From Pseudovirgaria hyperparasitica (taxonomy: Eukaryota), in NCBI GenBank assembly GCA_010093815.1, contig ML996573.1: a DNA stretch of 64,000 nucleotides; one strand, written 5' to 3'. The position numbers and the translations under genes were made by a program. Shown in pieces: positions 11,675-23,179 of the stretch. The first letter of the stretch is position 1. Every line of letters begins with the position of its first letter. The notes under the pieces are model-generated. The model ran no database searches. It was not told where the DNA came from and saw nothing but the letters and a program-made list of their open reading frames with translations.

Positions 11675-13991
11675 ATGGACTCAAGAGAACCCATCTCCGA
11701 GGCAAACGGTGACGGACCACCTCGTCCATCGAGCTCCCATGCGCCCGGTGAGGATGAGACCTCGACAATACCTCTTGTGCAACCAACACTCGTCAGCGAT
11801 ACCTCGAAGGCTGTTGATAATGTCCTCTTCTCTGACGTAGGTAAAATGTCCGATGCGCTCCGACACGTTCTGACTATCCTGCAGATTGGTGTGAACACGC
11901 TCCTCAACCGACTGAAGCAAAGCATCGCCAGCGCGCAAGTGTGTATCAATTGTAGTCGCATTATGACTGTGTGCTAAACAATGATCCAAGGACTTTGCCG
12001 GATTCCTAAAGAAGCGCTCGTCTATCGAAGAAAGCCATGCCCAGGGCCTCAAGAAGCTGTACCGTAGCACACACGATGCCATCAGCAGTTCCAATACTCG
12101 ACAAGGCACGTATGCCCTCAATCTTGACAACGCCACACGCCTGCAGGATCGAATGGGGGATAATGGTATGCAATTTGCTCTTTCTCTGCACCAGATGCAC
12201 GAAGACCTTACAGAGCTATCAAATACAGTCGAGAAGGGCCGCAAGCAATGGAAGGCAGAGGGACTGGCAAACGAAAAGAAGGTACAAGACGCGGAAAGTA
12301 TGATGTCAAAGGCAAAGTCAAAGTATGACTCTCTTGCGGAAGACTTGGATCGCTTGAAGACCGGCGACAAGAGCTCAGGGAAATTATTTGGCTTGAAAGG
12401 GCCCAAGTCTTCTGCCCAACAAGAGGAGGATTTGCAAAGAAAGCTTCAAGCGGCCGACTCTGACTACTCGGCCAAAGTTAAGACAGCACAGGATGCCCGA
12501 CAAGCGCTCATCAGCTCGCAGCGCCCATCAGCCATCAAAGCACTTCTGGAACTGATCAAGGAGTGCGATTCGGCTTTAAGCCTTCAATTTCAAAAATATG
12601 GTAGGCACATCTGCAAAACATGGTCCAGCAAATACACTAACACAAGCTCCTAGTTGCTTTCAACGAGAAGCTTATCCTAGGTAACGGTATACTCGTCGCC
12701 CCTATTCCGGGATCAGAAGGTCAGCAGGTGCCACCAAGCATGCGCGATTTCGCGAACCTAGTCGACAATGAGAAAGACTTGAATTCATATATTCTAAGTC
12801 ACACCTCGAAGGTTCCTGCGAAGTCGCCAGACATCAAATATGAGAAGCACCCGGTGAGTGCACGCCGACGCAGCCGAGCGATGTCATGGGGCAACATCAT
12901 TAACGCATCGAAGTCGCTTGTCCAACAGTCGACTTCAACAGGACAGCGACGAGCTTCTCAATCGCAACCACCACAGCAATCGCATAACGCGTCGCCACCT
13001 CAAGCACCGCAATCTTTTGCGCAAAGCACAAACGTTCAATCTTCAGTGTCGCAGCCAACTCCAGTCTCGCAAGATTCTCCATATCGAGAGTCGCCATATC
13101 AAGACAACTCATACCAGCCGTATCAGCCTCAGCCCCAGCATCAGTATCAGACTCCAGCTCATTCTGCGGATAGCCCATACGGCGGTCCACCTCAATTGAA
13201 TTATCCTCAGACGAGTACTCCACAATATCCCTCATATTCGAGTCAGCAGTACCCACCTCCATCTCAAAGTGGTACGATGGCACAGCAAGCATCCGGTGTT
13301 TTATCTAGCAACGACGATAGGGGAGTCTTTGGACGCTCTCTCGGTGACTTATACGCGGAGAGCGACAATCTGGCGCCCGTGCCAATTGTGGTATACCAAT
13401 GCATTCAAGCTGTGGAAATGTACGGTCTTGACGTAGAAGGCATCTATCGCATTCCCGGAACATCGTCGCACATTGACGAGCTAGAGGCAGTCTTCAACAA
13501 AGGTGAGTGATGCTACTCAAGTTTAGGAATCACGTCTGACTGGATTGATAGCACACAACGAGCACACTCAAGTTGATCTTCGCAATCCGGCATCTTTTCA
13601 CCATGATATCAACAGCGTGGCAGGCTTACTGAAGCGGTTTTTTAGCAAGCTGAATGACCCCTTGTTCACTAGATCGCGATACCAGGACTTTGTCAAGGCT
13701 GCAAGGATTGACGACGAGGTTGTACGACGCGATACCATGCACAAGATCATCAACGAGCTCCCTGACCCTAACTACGCGACAATTCGTGCTCTGGTTTTGC
13801 ACCTGAACCGCATTCAAGACCATGCATCAATCAACAGGATGAGCTCAAGCAACTTGGCAATTTGTTTTGCGCCCACCTTGATGATGGGTGATATCAAGGA
13901 GCATCACGGGCCTCTTGCTGATGCTGGGCTACAAGCTCGGGTTGTGGAAACAGTGTTGGCAAACACATACCAGATTTTCGATGAGGATTGA
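11675..13991 (+). CDS. RGD1: F-BAR plus RhoGAP protein Rgd1-like (multi-exon)
   Basis: N-terminal FCH region (VDNVLFSD|IGVNTLLNRLKQSI, FLKKRSSIEE, HQMHEDL) and C-terminal RhoGAP (VFGRSL, GLDVEGIYRIPG, SVAGLLKRFF, NRMSSSNLAICFAPTL). About 5 introns. Confidence 0.92.
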
Positions 13992-14326
13992 GAGGCTGAT
14001 AGGGGAGAACATATTCCCGTTGCTTTGGACAAGTTGTCCCAAATACTGTTTAGTTACTGGTACCATATTTAATTGCGCAAATATACACCCATTGCATGGT
14101 TTCAGACTTGGCTCTCCAGAAACATCTTCTCCGCTATCCATGTACGTATGTGATGCTTATTGAATGGGCCCATACTTTGAATTCCTTGAACTCCGGTCTA
14201 CCAAGTATGTAGGGTATTATACAGTATTTTGGCCTCAGTGATGCTGTGACTCGTTCCAGCACCTCCTCGTCACATCTCAAATCCGCCTGTGTCGTCACAA
14301 ATCGCTCTCTTTGGATATGCAGGACT

Positions 14327-14661
14327 CTATGACGCTCCGACCAATATGTTGTTTACAGGAATGTGAACTGTATATGCCCGTTAGCAGGTCTCATTGAAAA
14401 CACAAATACGACGCCGCCGTACTCAGCTTGACAATGTATCCGATCACACCCATGATCAAGAAGCCCACACCGACGGCCTGGGAGATCTTGAGGAATTCGC
14501 GCTTGTCGGCTACACCGGCATTAGCAATTGATTTCGTCTAATGAAGCGTCGGTAGACTAATATTGCAGAGACGTACGCTTTGTGCAGCGATTCAGGAATT
14601 GTGTGCCATCGCGGATGAAGTCTTTAGGCAGCTCGGCCATCTCTTTCAGTTGATCTGCCAT
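14327..14661 (-). CDS. SSS1: Sec61 gamma subunit (Sss1)
   Basis: Three exons read by eye: MADQLKEMAELPKDFIRDGTQFLNRCTK|PDKREFLKISQAVGVGFLIMGVIGYIVKL|.HIPVNNILVGAS*. Confidence 0.95.
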
Positions 14662-15541
14662 TTTAAGGTGGTGTTGGACGAGATTTGGACTTTGGCGGCG
14701 GTGAATTGTATCCAGAGAGGTGTCTTAGGAACTATGGCCAGATCGCCGAAGGGGCGGCGGTACTTCGGCAGGCGTTTGCCAGCGGTTGAACACCACGCTA
14801 AGTCGCGACTTGGTCGACATCGCATAGAATGAAGCTCTGCTCCTTTCTCGTTTCCTCTTTGTCACTCATGCCCCTCTACGACCAACGAGCAATTCCCGCT
14901 ACGATCAATATCCCTCAACCCACCTTAAGAGTCAAGTGAGTCGGTTACTAATATAATATCGGCGCACTGGGAAGGTGTTCGAGGAAGAGCTCCGCCTAAA
15001 TCCCTCAGGATTCATACGCTTCACATTCCTAGGTACAACTTTGTGTCAGCCTTGCCACCGCAAGCACTCTGGTAGAGCTGTTCTTAACGCAGCTGGTGGA
15101 CGGGATCTTGCACGCTGTCGTCACCTTTCAGCACTTCAATCTGTACAGGTCACTCTGACCGCTCGAAAGCTCTCACTGAATCAAGCTGTACTTAAAGAAA
15201 TCTTCGCTCTGTTTCAGACCGGCGTGTCTTCACAAGCTCATTGTGTCGAGCGAAATCTCAAGTCTGTCACAACCTCGACGCTGCTGAGGATCTGTACGTA
15301 TGTCCATTGCTTTCTCATATCTTGTACCCTTGTAAATCTTCTCTGTCGTGCGCCACGGCTCTCCGTTGTACTCGTACCATCGCTTAGCACCACCTTATCT
15401 ATTTTCCTCATATGCTGATTTCATGTGTCATTCCTACAGACTTGTAATCCCTCCTGTGCAGACAAGGCAGAGAGTACTTATCAAATCAATCAAAAGCTAC
15501 AAGTTTTTACAAAGACAAACTTCTGAGCTGCTCATTTCACA

Positions 15542-17063
15542 ATGGCCGACGAGGACCAATTCGATATCGATATCTATGGTGATGATGGTAATCAAGACTA
15601 CAATCAGGAAGGTCAGGCCGATAGCGCAGGACCTGCAACAGATGGCGAGACAATGACGGACACAACACAACCAGACGCGCCGACGAATGGCGCATCTAAC
15701 GAGAACAGCCATGCTAAGCAAGATGAGGGTCAGCAAGCCAACACACAATCGGTAAGCACCGCAACACAGCAGATAGCCAGCACCGGCGAGGGCGCAGGAC
15801 AGAATCAGGTCCAGCTCCCAAAACATGCCCCAATACAGCAAGGAACAAAGCGCAAAGAAGGTGCAGACGACCGCCCAATGGATCCAGGCGCCACTAGTGC
15901 CCTTTTGATCCAGGAGCTGCATTGGTGGTCCACCGAAGACGACATCCGTGGCTGGGCAAACCAAGCGGAATGTGAGGACGAGCTGAAGGATATCACGTTT
16001 AATGAACACAAGGTCAATGGCAAAAGCAAAGGGTAGGCCTTCCGGGCAGAGGAGTATCACACGCCTTAATTTGCTAGAGTACACATAGCTAACGTGGACG
16101 ATTAGCCAAGTATATGTTGAGATGCAAACCGCACAGGCTGCAACGGCTCTGAAACATAAGATTGAGTCCTTCGGCGATGGCCAGCAGCACGTTCGGAAGC
16201 CAATCGTCACATTCAACCCGCCTCACATCAACCCGTACAAGACACTGCCAAAGGATGTACCTAACCGAAAAGATTACAAACAGGATAGCCGAGGAGGTGG
16301 CAATTTCGGGGCAGGCCGGGGTGGCTTCCAGAACAGAGGAGGCTTCAACAACAACCGTGGCAACATGAACAACAACTTCCAGAGCCGTAACTTCACGCCG
16401 CCTATGGGCATGAACCAGAATTTCAACAATCCCATGAGCTTCAATAATAACATGGGTGCAGGCAACTTCGGTGGTAATTTCAACCGAGGTGGAATGATGG
16501 GAGGTGGAATGCGCGGAGGCATGCAGAACAATCGAGGCCGCGGTGGCATGAGTGGCATGACCATGGGAGCCGGCATGAACAACATGGGCGGGATGGGCAT
16601 GAACGCCATGAATATGGGCGGAATGCCAATGGGTGGTGGTATAGGCAACAACATGATGGGTGGAATGGGTATGGGAATGGGTAGGCCCAACTTTTCTTTG
16701 CCTCCAAATCAGTTTTTCAACATTCGCATGCAGCAAGGTCTTCCTCAAGGACAGCCTTCATTCAACCAGCTGCATGGCAACGATTCTCAAAGCCACAAAC
16801 GTCCTGCACCACAGGCGTTTTCGGGCTCAGATTCGGATGCCAAGCGCGAAAGAATTTCTCCTCCCTCTTCCTCGTCGACGAGCAAACCCCCTACCACTAC
16901 TTCGCAATATCAACAACAGTTCGCTAACACTACGCGTTTCCCAGGTGGTGGCTTTGGTGGCAATCAAGGACATTTCAACCCGGCCTTCTTCAGCGGTGGA
17001 CAACAAGCAGGAGGAGATGGGCAGTGGAATCCTCACGGCAACAAGAGACCACGCCCGGAGTAA
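15542..17063 (+). CDS. RBP35: Cleavage factor Im 68-kDa subunit homologue (CPSF6/Rbp35-like RRM + RGG protein)
   Basis: N-terminus MADEDQFDIDIYGD and RRM ALLIQELHWWSTEDD..NGKSKG|QVYVE resemble CPSF6 (MADGVDHIDIYAD, LTWWTTDEDL, NGQSKG). Intron 16033-16105; RGG and M/N/G-rich tail; second intron candidate 16681-16944. Confidence 0.85.
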
Positions 17064-18118
17064 TCTTTGAACGTCTCAAGATAATCGAGACAGGCAAGTA
17101 ACTTCTCTTCTTTCTTCTGCCGTTATCTGCATTTACCGAAATGCATCAAGGCTTTGCACCACATTATTGTGCTTTTTCAGATTTTGCAATGCCCTGCCTG
17201 AATGAGGTGTATGCATGGCGTTCTGGACATCTCTTGACTGTCAAAATATCACGGTATTGGGGCGGTTGATGGCATTGCGAATTATATCATTTCTCGTAGA
17301 ACGGGTTTTCCGATCTCTATTTGTGTACCGGTGTTTATTTGACTGTATAACACCAAGGTTGACCTCATATCATAACGTTGTATAACTATCGGTCGACCCC
17401 AAAGCGTGGTCTGATGTCTACAAAAAGCATTTCTGCTACCTCGAGCCCTTTTGCCTAGTCATGCTTCCCGTCTGTGTATCACTCTATTTACGTTGTGCGT
17501 GCCTTCATACAACCCCTATTTCCAATTTGGTCAAAACTTCCTTCCTGTCCACTACTGCCTTGCCATAACCTCAGAGGAGTGCATCCGGCGTAGGCGTACA
17601 ATAGGAAAACTTGCGAGTCCAATCCTGAAAGTTTCAATTGACAGCGAATGACAGGGCACCAATGCCGTGTCCACACCTATACGGCAAAATCGTATCCAAC
17701 CGGTACGTCACTATCATCCCTTTATAAAAGTTATCCAGTATCTGCCTACAGCGCATCCAATCAGCATCTCTACACCGCTCATATATTCGTCCGCCTCATT
17801 ATCGCCGACCAACGGTTCGCACGGCGACCCCCTTCCCCCCCCCCTCTTGGACCCTGAATTCCAGAGTGAATTCACCCACAACGCAACCAAAACACGCCCT
17901 TGTTTTCCTCGCCCGCAAATTTGTTAGGGAAGACTCACCTCGCTGTTATCCCCCCGCGTTCGCCGAAGTCGCTGGCCGACGTCATCTCATGACTCCCGCT
18001 CCCCGATTAGGACAAAGTGAAGCAAGAAAATTTTCCTCAATAGCAAAGAGATTAAATCTTGTACAACGTACGAATGGGCCCATGCTTTCTTCGACGCGCT
18101 AGCAGGTGTAGGTGATGG

Positions 18119-18128
18119 GTATAAATCG
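18119..18128 (+). promoter_or_regulatory. Probable TATA box of the orphan coiled-coil gene
   Basis: GTATAAATC followed by a CT-rich tract, then a GTAAGT donor (~18229) and a CTGAC..TAG acceptor (~18789), suggesting a 5'UTR intron. Confidence 0.45.
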
Positions 18129-18944
18129 TTGACTTGCGCTGCCGGATTTCCTTTCCTTTTTCTTCTTCTTCTTCATCACAAGTTGATCTTAGCTTTCTGA
18201 CTTCCAAAGTTTTCAATCACCAAGCTACGTAAGTTATCCCGTTCTTTCTCCTTATTGCTCTGCGTTTACTCTCTTGCGTTTGCTTTTGATTGAGATTTTC
18301 CTGAACGAGCTGTTGTTGTTGTGTGTGCTGAGAGCTCCAATTGACGGTGGAGTCTTGCTTGCCGTTCAGCTTTTCTGTTTTTGCTACAGTGTGTGACCGC
18401 ATGGTCTCTCCTGATGCTTTCTTGCTGTATCGTCTTCTTCTCGTCGCAATTGAAGGTGGCTTCGATGCTTTGTGGCTGTTTCCTGTACCGCTGTTGCATT
18501 GAAGGTCAGAGATCTGGGACTACTTTTCGTGGCACCTCAGCATCGTTGCTTTTGTAGCCGTTGGCACTCCGCAAAATCTACTTCCTGTCACACTTGGAGA
18601 CGTTCGGAGTTGTTGTGGACGTTTTCTACGTATTTTGGTGTCTTTTGTCCGCTTTTGAACGTTTTCCCTGTCATCTCGCGTCAGCAATTGTCTCTCTACA
18701 TGGTTTGTGATACACTGCGGTCACTGCTGCTTTTTACGCAATTTGCTGCAGATTCGATCTTCTGAGCGGCAAAACTGACATACCAATAGCAGAACCTTCG
18801 CCCGTTTACCTCGCAAGATTCTCACAACTCTCACACAAAATTCTCACCACCTACATTGTGTAAGTTTGAAAGCACTACCTCTCTGATCGTCAAGAAAGCA
18901 AAGGCTGACTTTTCCTTCCTCATAGCCGCCACCGCATCCACAAG

Positions 18945-20989
18945 ATGCAATTCTTCCACCTCTTCCTCCTCCTCGTGGCTGCGCTTTTCGCCAGCCACGC
19001 TGGTGCAGCACATGTGCTGGACCCACGCGCCCTCAGTAAGTTGAATCTTATCTCATTTCAAGTGCTCAGGATGAGAACTAACAGCTCGCAGTCGCCAGGG
19101 CATATCTGGGCATCTCGGTCGTGGTCTTCCCGCCAGAAGCCGCACCGGGACCTCGCCCAACTCCTCACCGCACCATTTTCTTCGCCTCTCCGACCATTCC
19201 CGCTTTCCCGGACCAGGGCCCAACCCCTGAGTCCACCATGTCTACCGCCGGGGGCTCCGGATCTGAAGCCCCAAGTTTCTCCGTTCTCGAGAACCTTGCC
19301 CTTGTCAAGGAACTCCTTGTGACCCGGGTGTTCGCTTCGGCGAACTATGTCATCTCGCAACTCCGTCTCGTTGTTGGGCACAAGGGGTTCAGGGTGAACG
19401 ATCCGGTGGCTTTCCTGCGCGCCAAGGCGACTCCTCTCGTCGCAACGGTCCGCAATTCGTTGGTTTCTGGCGCCGAAAGCGTCATCGGTGTGTGGTTGGG
19501 GTTCCTCAACAGCCTCTCCGCCGCCTTTGGCGCGTTCTCCTCCTTGGTCTCTCTGGTCATCAGCCAGTCTTGCTCCGCTGTAGCAAGTGCTGGTCGCTCG
19601 ATCGCCTCAATCCCGCAGTCCTTATTCCAGGGCTTCCGATACCTCCTCAAGCTCAGCATCTTGGTCATCCTGATCGTGATGCTGATGTGGGTTGTCCTGC
19701 CTGTTGTCTGGGAGTTTACTCCGCGCGCGCAGGCCTGGGTTGCGGGATGGTTTGGGGTTCCACGAATCGACTGTCGCGAGGCATTGCTCCTCGCGCAGGC
19801 CGAACTCGGGCGCATGGCGAGAGACCATGCTCACTACCACGCAAGGATCGATGACTTGCACGTGAGACTGGAGAAATCGGGCTCGGCCAACGCGGCCAAA
19901 CAGAGCAGGATCGAATTCCTGGAGCACTGCGGCATCCTCCGGGAGGACCGCCAAAACGCCGACCAGATCGCCCTCGACATCCTCCGCCGCAAGGCTATCG
20001 CTGCCGGTTTCGCTGCCTCGCGAGGCCCCGCCGACGAGCTGGCAGCGCTCCGCAAAGCCCTCGCAAAGCAGGGCACCACCAGCGACGAGATTCTCGCCAA
20101 CTCTCGCGCTGCCGCTGCCGAGAAGGCCAGCCTCGAAGCCCAGATCGCCGGGCTCAAGCAGGAACGGGTCGTTGCCGCACAGGCAGCCCAAGTACAGCTT
20201 GGGCAAGCAAACGCCAGGATCCTGGCGTTGGAGCAGGAAGGGGTCGTTGCCGCACAGGCAGCCCCGGTACTGCTCCAGCAGGCGATGGACAAGATCGCCG
20301 CGTTGGAGGCGGACAAGGTCGACGCCGAAAAGGCAGCCTTGGATCGCGCTCGCCGGGCAAGGGCCCAGGTCGCCGCGCTGAAGTTGGAGAAGGTCGTTGC
20401 CGAACAGGCAGCCTTCCTCCGGCTCCAGCGACTCACCTCGAGCAAGCGGAGTGCCTCCGAGAAGGCACAGAAGCTTGAGGTGGAGAAGACGGCGGCCGAG
20501 GACGCGCAGCGCGTCGCCGAAGCCAAGGTGGGTGCTCTCGAGCACTCACTCGAGGCAGACAAGCTTGCGGCGTTCAACGCCCTGAATGCCCAGTTCGCGG
20601 AGGAGGTGGCCAAGGCGGCCAAGGGCATGGCAGGCCCAGCAGTGGAGGTGGAGAGCATCAAGGCAGATGCTCTGAAGGAGATTGCCCGCATCGAGGGCGA
20701 ATGCAAGGCCACGGTCAAGGCCGTGGAGGACTCAGCGGCGGCCAAAGTCAAGGTCGACCGCAAGGCTCGCGCCGAGCTCCAAGAGCGCCTCGATGACGTG
20801 CAAGAGAGGCTTGATGACACCCTGGAGGTGGTGGATGGGAACAAGCGGCAGTTGAAGAAGGCGGGCGCCGCAGTGGATAGGCTTCGTGCTGAGCTCCAAA
20901 AGCTGAAGCCGGCGCCCGCACCAGTTGGACAGGGTGCCTTTTCTGGCGCCCTTCGAGACATCATCAGTGGTCCGAAAGGACCTCAATAG
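18945..20989 (+). CDS. Orphan protein: N-terminal signal peptide, hydrophobic TM segment(s) and long Ala/Glu/Lys coiled coil
   Basis: Exon 18945-19035 (MQFFHLFLLLVAALFASHAGA) splices via GTAAGT..CTAAC..GCAG (19036-19091) in frame onto ORF 19121..20989. TM LSILVILIVMLMWVVLPVVW. Internal repeats QE.VVAAQAA at ~20158, ~20233 and ~20387. Confidence 0.7.
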
Positions 20990-21039
20990 TCCGACTGAAT
21001 CTCTGCCGCCCCTACACCGCCCTCAACCGACGACGGAAT

Positions 21040-21375
21040 ATTGGAAAGAGGTGCTGGGGATACCGTCGTTGAACGCTTGTAGAAGCTTCAACAGATTCCT
21101 CACGCCTGTCCCTTCTCACAGACAACACTCCTTCTGGGAGTCCAGAGTTGGCCGTCTTTCGTCGTTCATGTCAAGTCTCAATCGGTTCCCCGCTGTCGGT
21201 ATGGTGATAGAAGATTGGAATGTGGTGTTGAGGATGCCGTCATTGAACGCTTGTAGAAGCTTCAACCGATTCCTCACGCCTGGCCCTTCTCACAGACAAC
21301 TCTCCTCCTGGGAGTCCAGAGTTGGCTGTCTTCTGTCATCCCCGTCAAGCTACAATCGGTTTCCTTTCCCCGGCA
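21040..21375. repeat. Degenerate direct duplication, period 174 bp
   Basis: GAACGCTTGTAGAAGCTTCAAC..GGGAGTCCAGAGTTGG at 21071 and 21245. Confidence 0.9.
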
Positions 21376-21778
21376 AGTACTGTCTCCACCATTCACAACG
21401 ACATATTCTTCATCTTTCTTCATCGACAAGACCAGACCATCATCGACAACAAGGGTCCAGGTATCCGAGAAGCATTGTACCCGCGGTCCATCAAGCGATC
21501 TGGCTGAGAAGCGTCAAGACCACCTAGGTAAGGCTAGGAGTCTCCCTTCTCTTCGTCACTGCTCTCTTGTCAATCTTAAACTGGCGGGCTTTGGCAACCA
21601 TTTCGCGGGCTGTTGGGGAATTTGCAAAGGGACTTGCGACCAGGGAGGGTGATCAAAAGGTTTGAGAGGCTCTTGCTTCCGCTGGTTTCTGCTGCAGCTC
21701 GTTTCGACAGCATGCGCGTTCCAGCACCTTTTCATCGATCACCGACAACTGAAGACCTCGGGGAACCAGAGTTTCATT

Positions 21779-22030
21779 GAACAACGTGGAGATCTCGCTT
21801 CGTCGTGTACAGCTTGTCTGATATACAGAGCTTGATTGATGATGCGCTTCAACACTCGCCAGCAGACTGTCGGGCCCTGTTCCTACAGGCTAACATGTCC
21901 TACTGGTTTCATCCTCGTAACTTTCAGCTTTCATTGGAGCAGAGAGAAGACCGAACAACGTGGAGATCTCGCTTCGCCGTGCACAGCTTGTCTGATGCAC
22001 AGAGCTTGATTGAAGATGCGCTTCAGCCCT
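21779..22030. repeat. Second direct duplication, period 174 bp
   Basis: ACAACGTGGAGATCTCGCTTCG..CAGAGCTTGATTGA.GATGCGCTTCA at 21781 and 21955. Confidence 0.9.
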
Positions 22031-23179
22031 CTCGCTGGTTGACAAAGGCTAGCCTGGTTACTACAGACTGCCTGCGTCTTCCAACTCCACTCCCTTTACG
22101 CACAAGGCTCACGTTCCAGTAGTGGCGGCTACATATGGTTCAAGCTGCGTGTAAGATCCTCCGACGGAACACTGTAAGACTCAGGTTCAGGAAGTCGACA
22201 ACTTCCTAGTTCAAGCATGTGGTTGGTGGATGTCGAAATATGGTGGCACACGGTCTTGCGCGATACACTGCACTGGTCATGCACTCTTTCTCTCTCTCTC
22301 TCTCTCTCATTTCAGGACACGGTGATGGCTCATGTTCCAGGGGGTTGGGCCTCTGGTTCAAGCCGCCGGTCATTCGCGATACGGCAAAAAGGTATAAGTC
22401 TCATGGACGGACCTGGCAAGTCCTCACCCAAGCATCCTGCCAACAAACAGTTCTCGCTCATGTTCCTTGGAAGTTGAGGCTCCTCGGTTCAAGCTCCCAT
22501 TCAGACACCAACGACACCCGTTCAAGGCCAAGGGAACTAGCAACTCTCAAAGTCTCATGTTCGGCGTGCTCTGGGTCGCATCATCATGGCGTTTCGCAGG
22601 TGACCTCTGGGGCTTAGCAAACTCCACGTCCAGGCATCCAGTCATCGAAGATCAGTGGCATACGTTCAAGGCTCAAGAGAGTTGGCAACTTTCACGGCCT
22701 CAGGTTCGGTGCTCTGCATCCACAATCTCGACCAGCGTTGAAAGACACAGTGGGCGTTGGGACGTTGCGACTCCCTTCAGTTCCAGTTTTGGTCGTTACA
22801 GTCAAGTATCAGCAAATCCTTCAGGTCATCTCGTCAGCAAATCTCATTCTCAGCACTTCCGAGAGCATCTATCGACCTCAAATTCACGTGACAACTCAGT
22901 CACCAGCGGGCGGTCTTCTCACGGACATCAACATGGCGGTTTCTCATCATCACTTCAACTGCTCTCCTCCTACCGATCGCACTCGCAATGCCGCTGCTGT
23001 CACTCAGAGCAAAGCTTCAATCATCATCATCATCACTCGTCTGAAGTTGACATTCCTCCTACCGAGCCTACTTCATTCGACGAGATATCAGTCAACAACA
23101 TCAAGTCTCCGACTGAGGTCACAGCAAGTTCTTTGTTGCTCTCATCTGAAAGCGGCGTTTCGACTCTCAAGTCATTTCA

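Noticed and set aside
19345..20986. Long antisense ORFs (376 and 307 aa) over the coiled-coil gene
   Set aside because: Shadow ORFs expected from GC-rich, codon-biased coding sequence.
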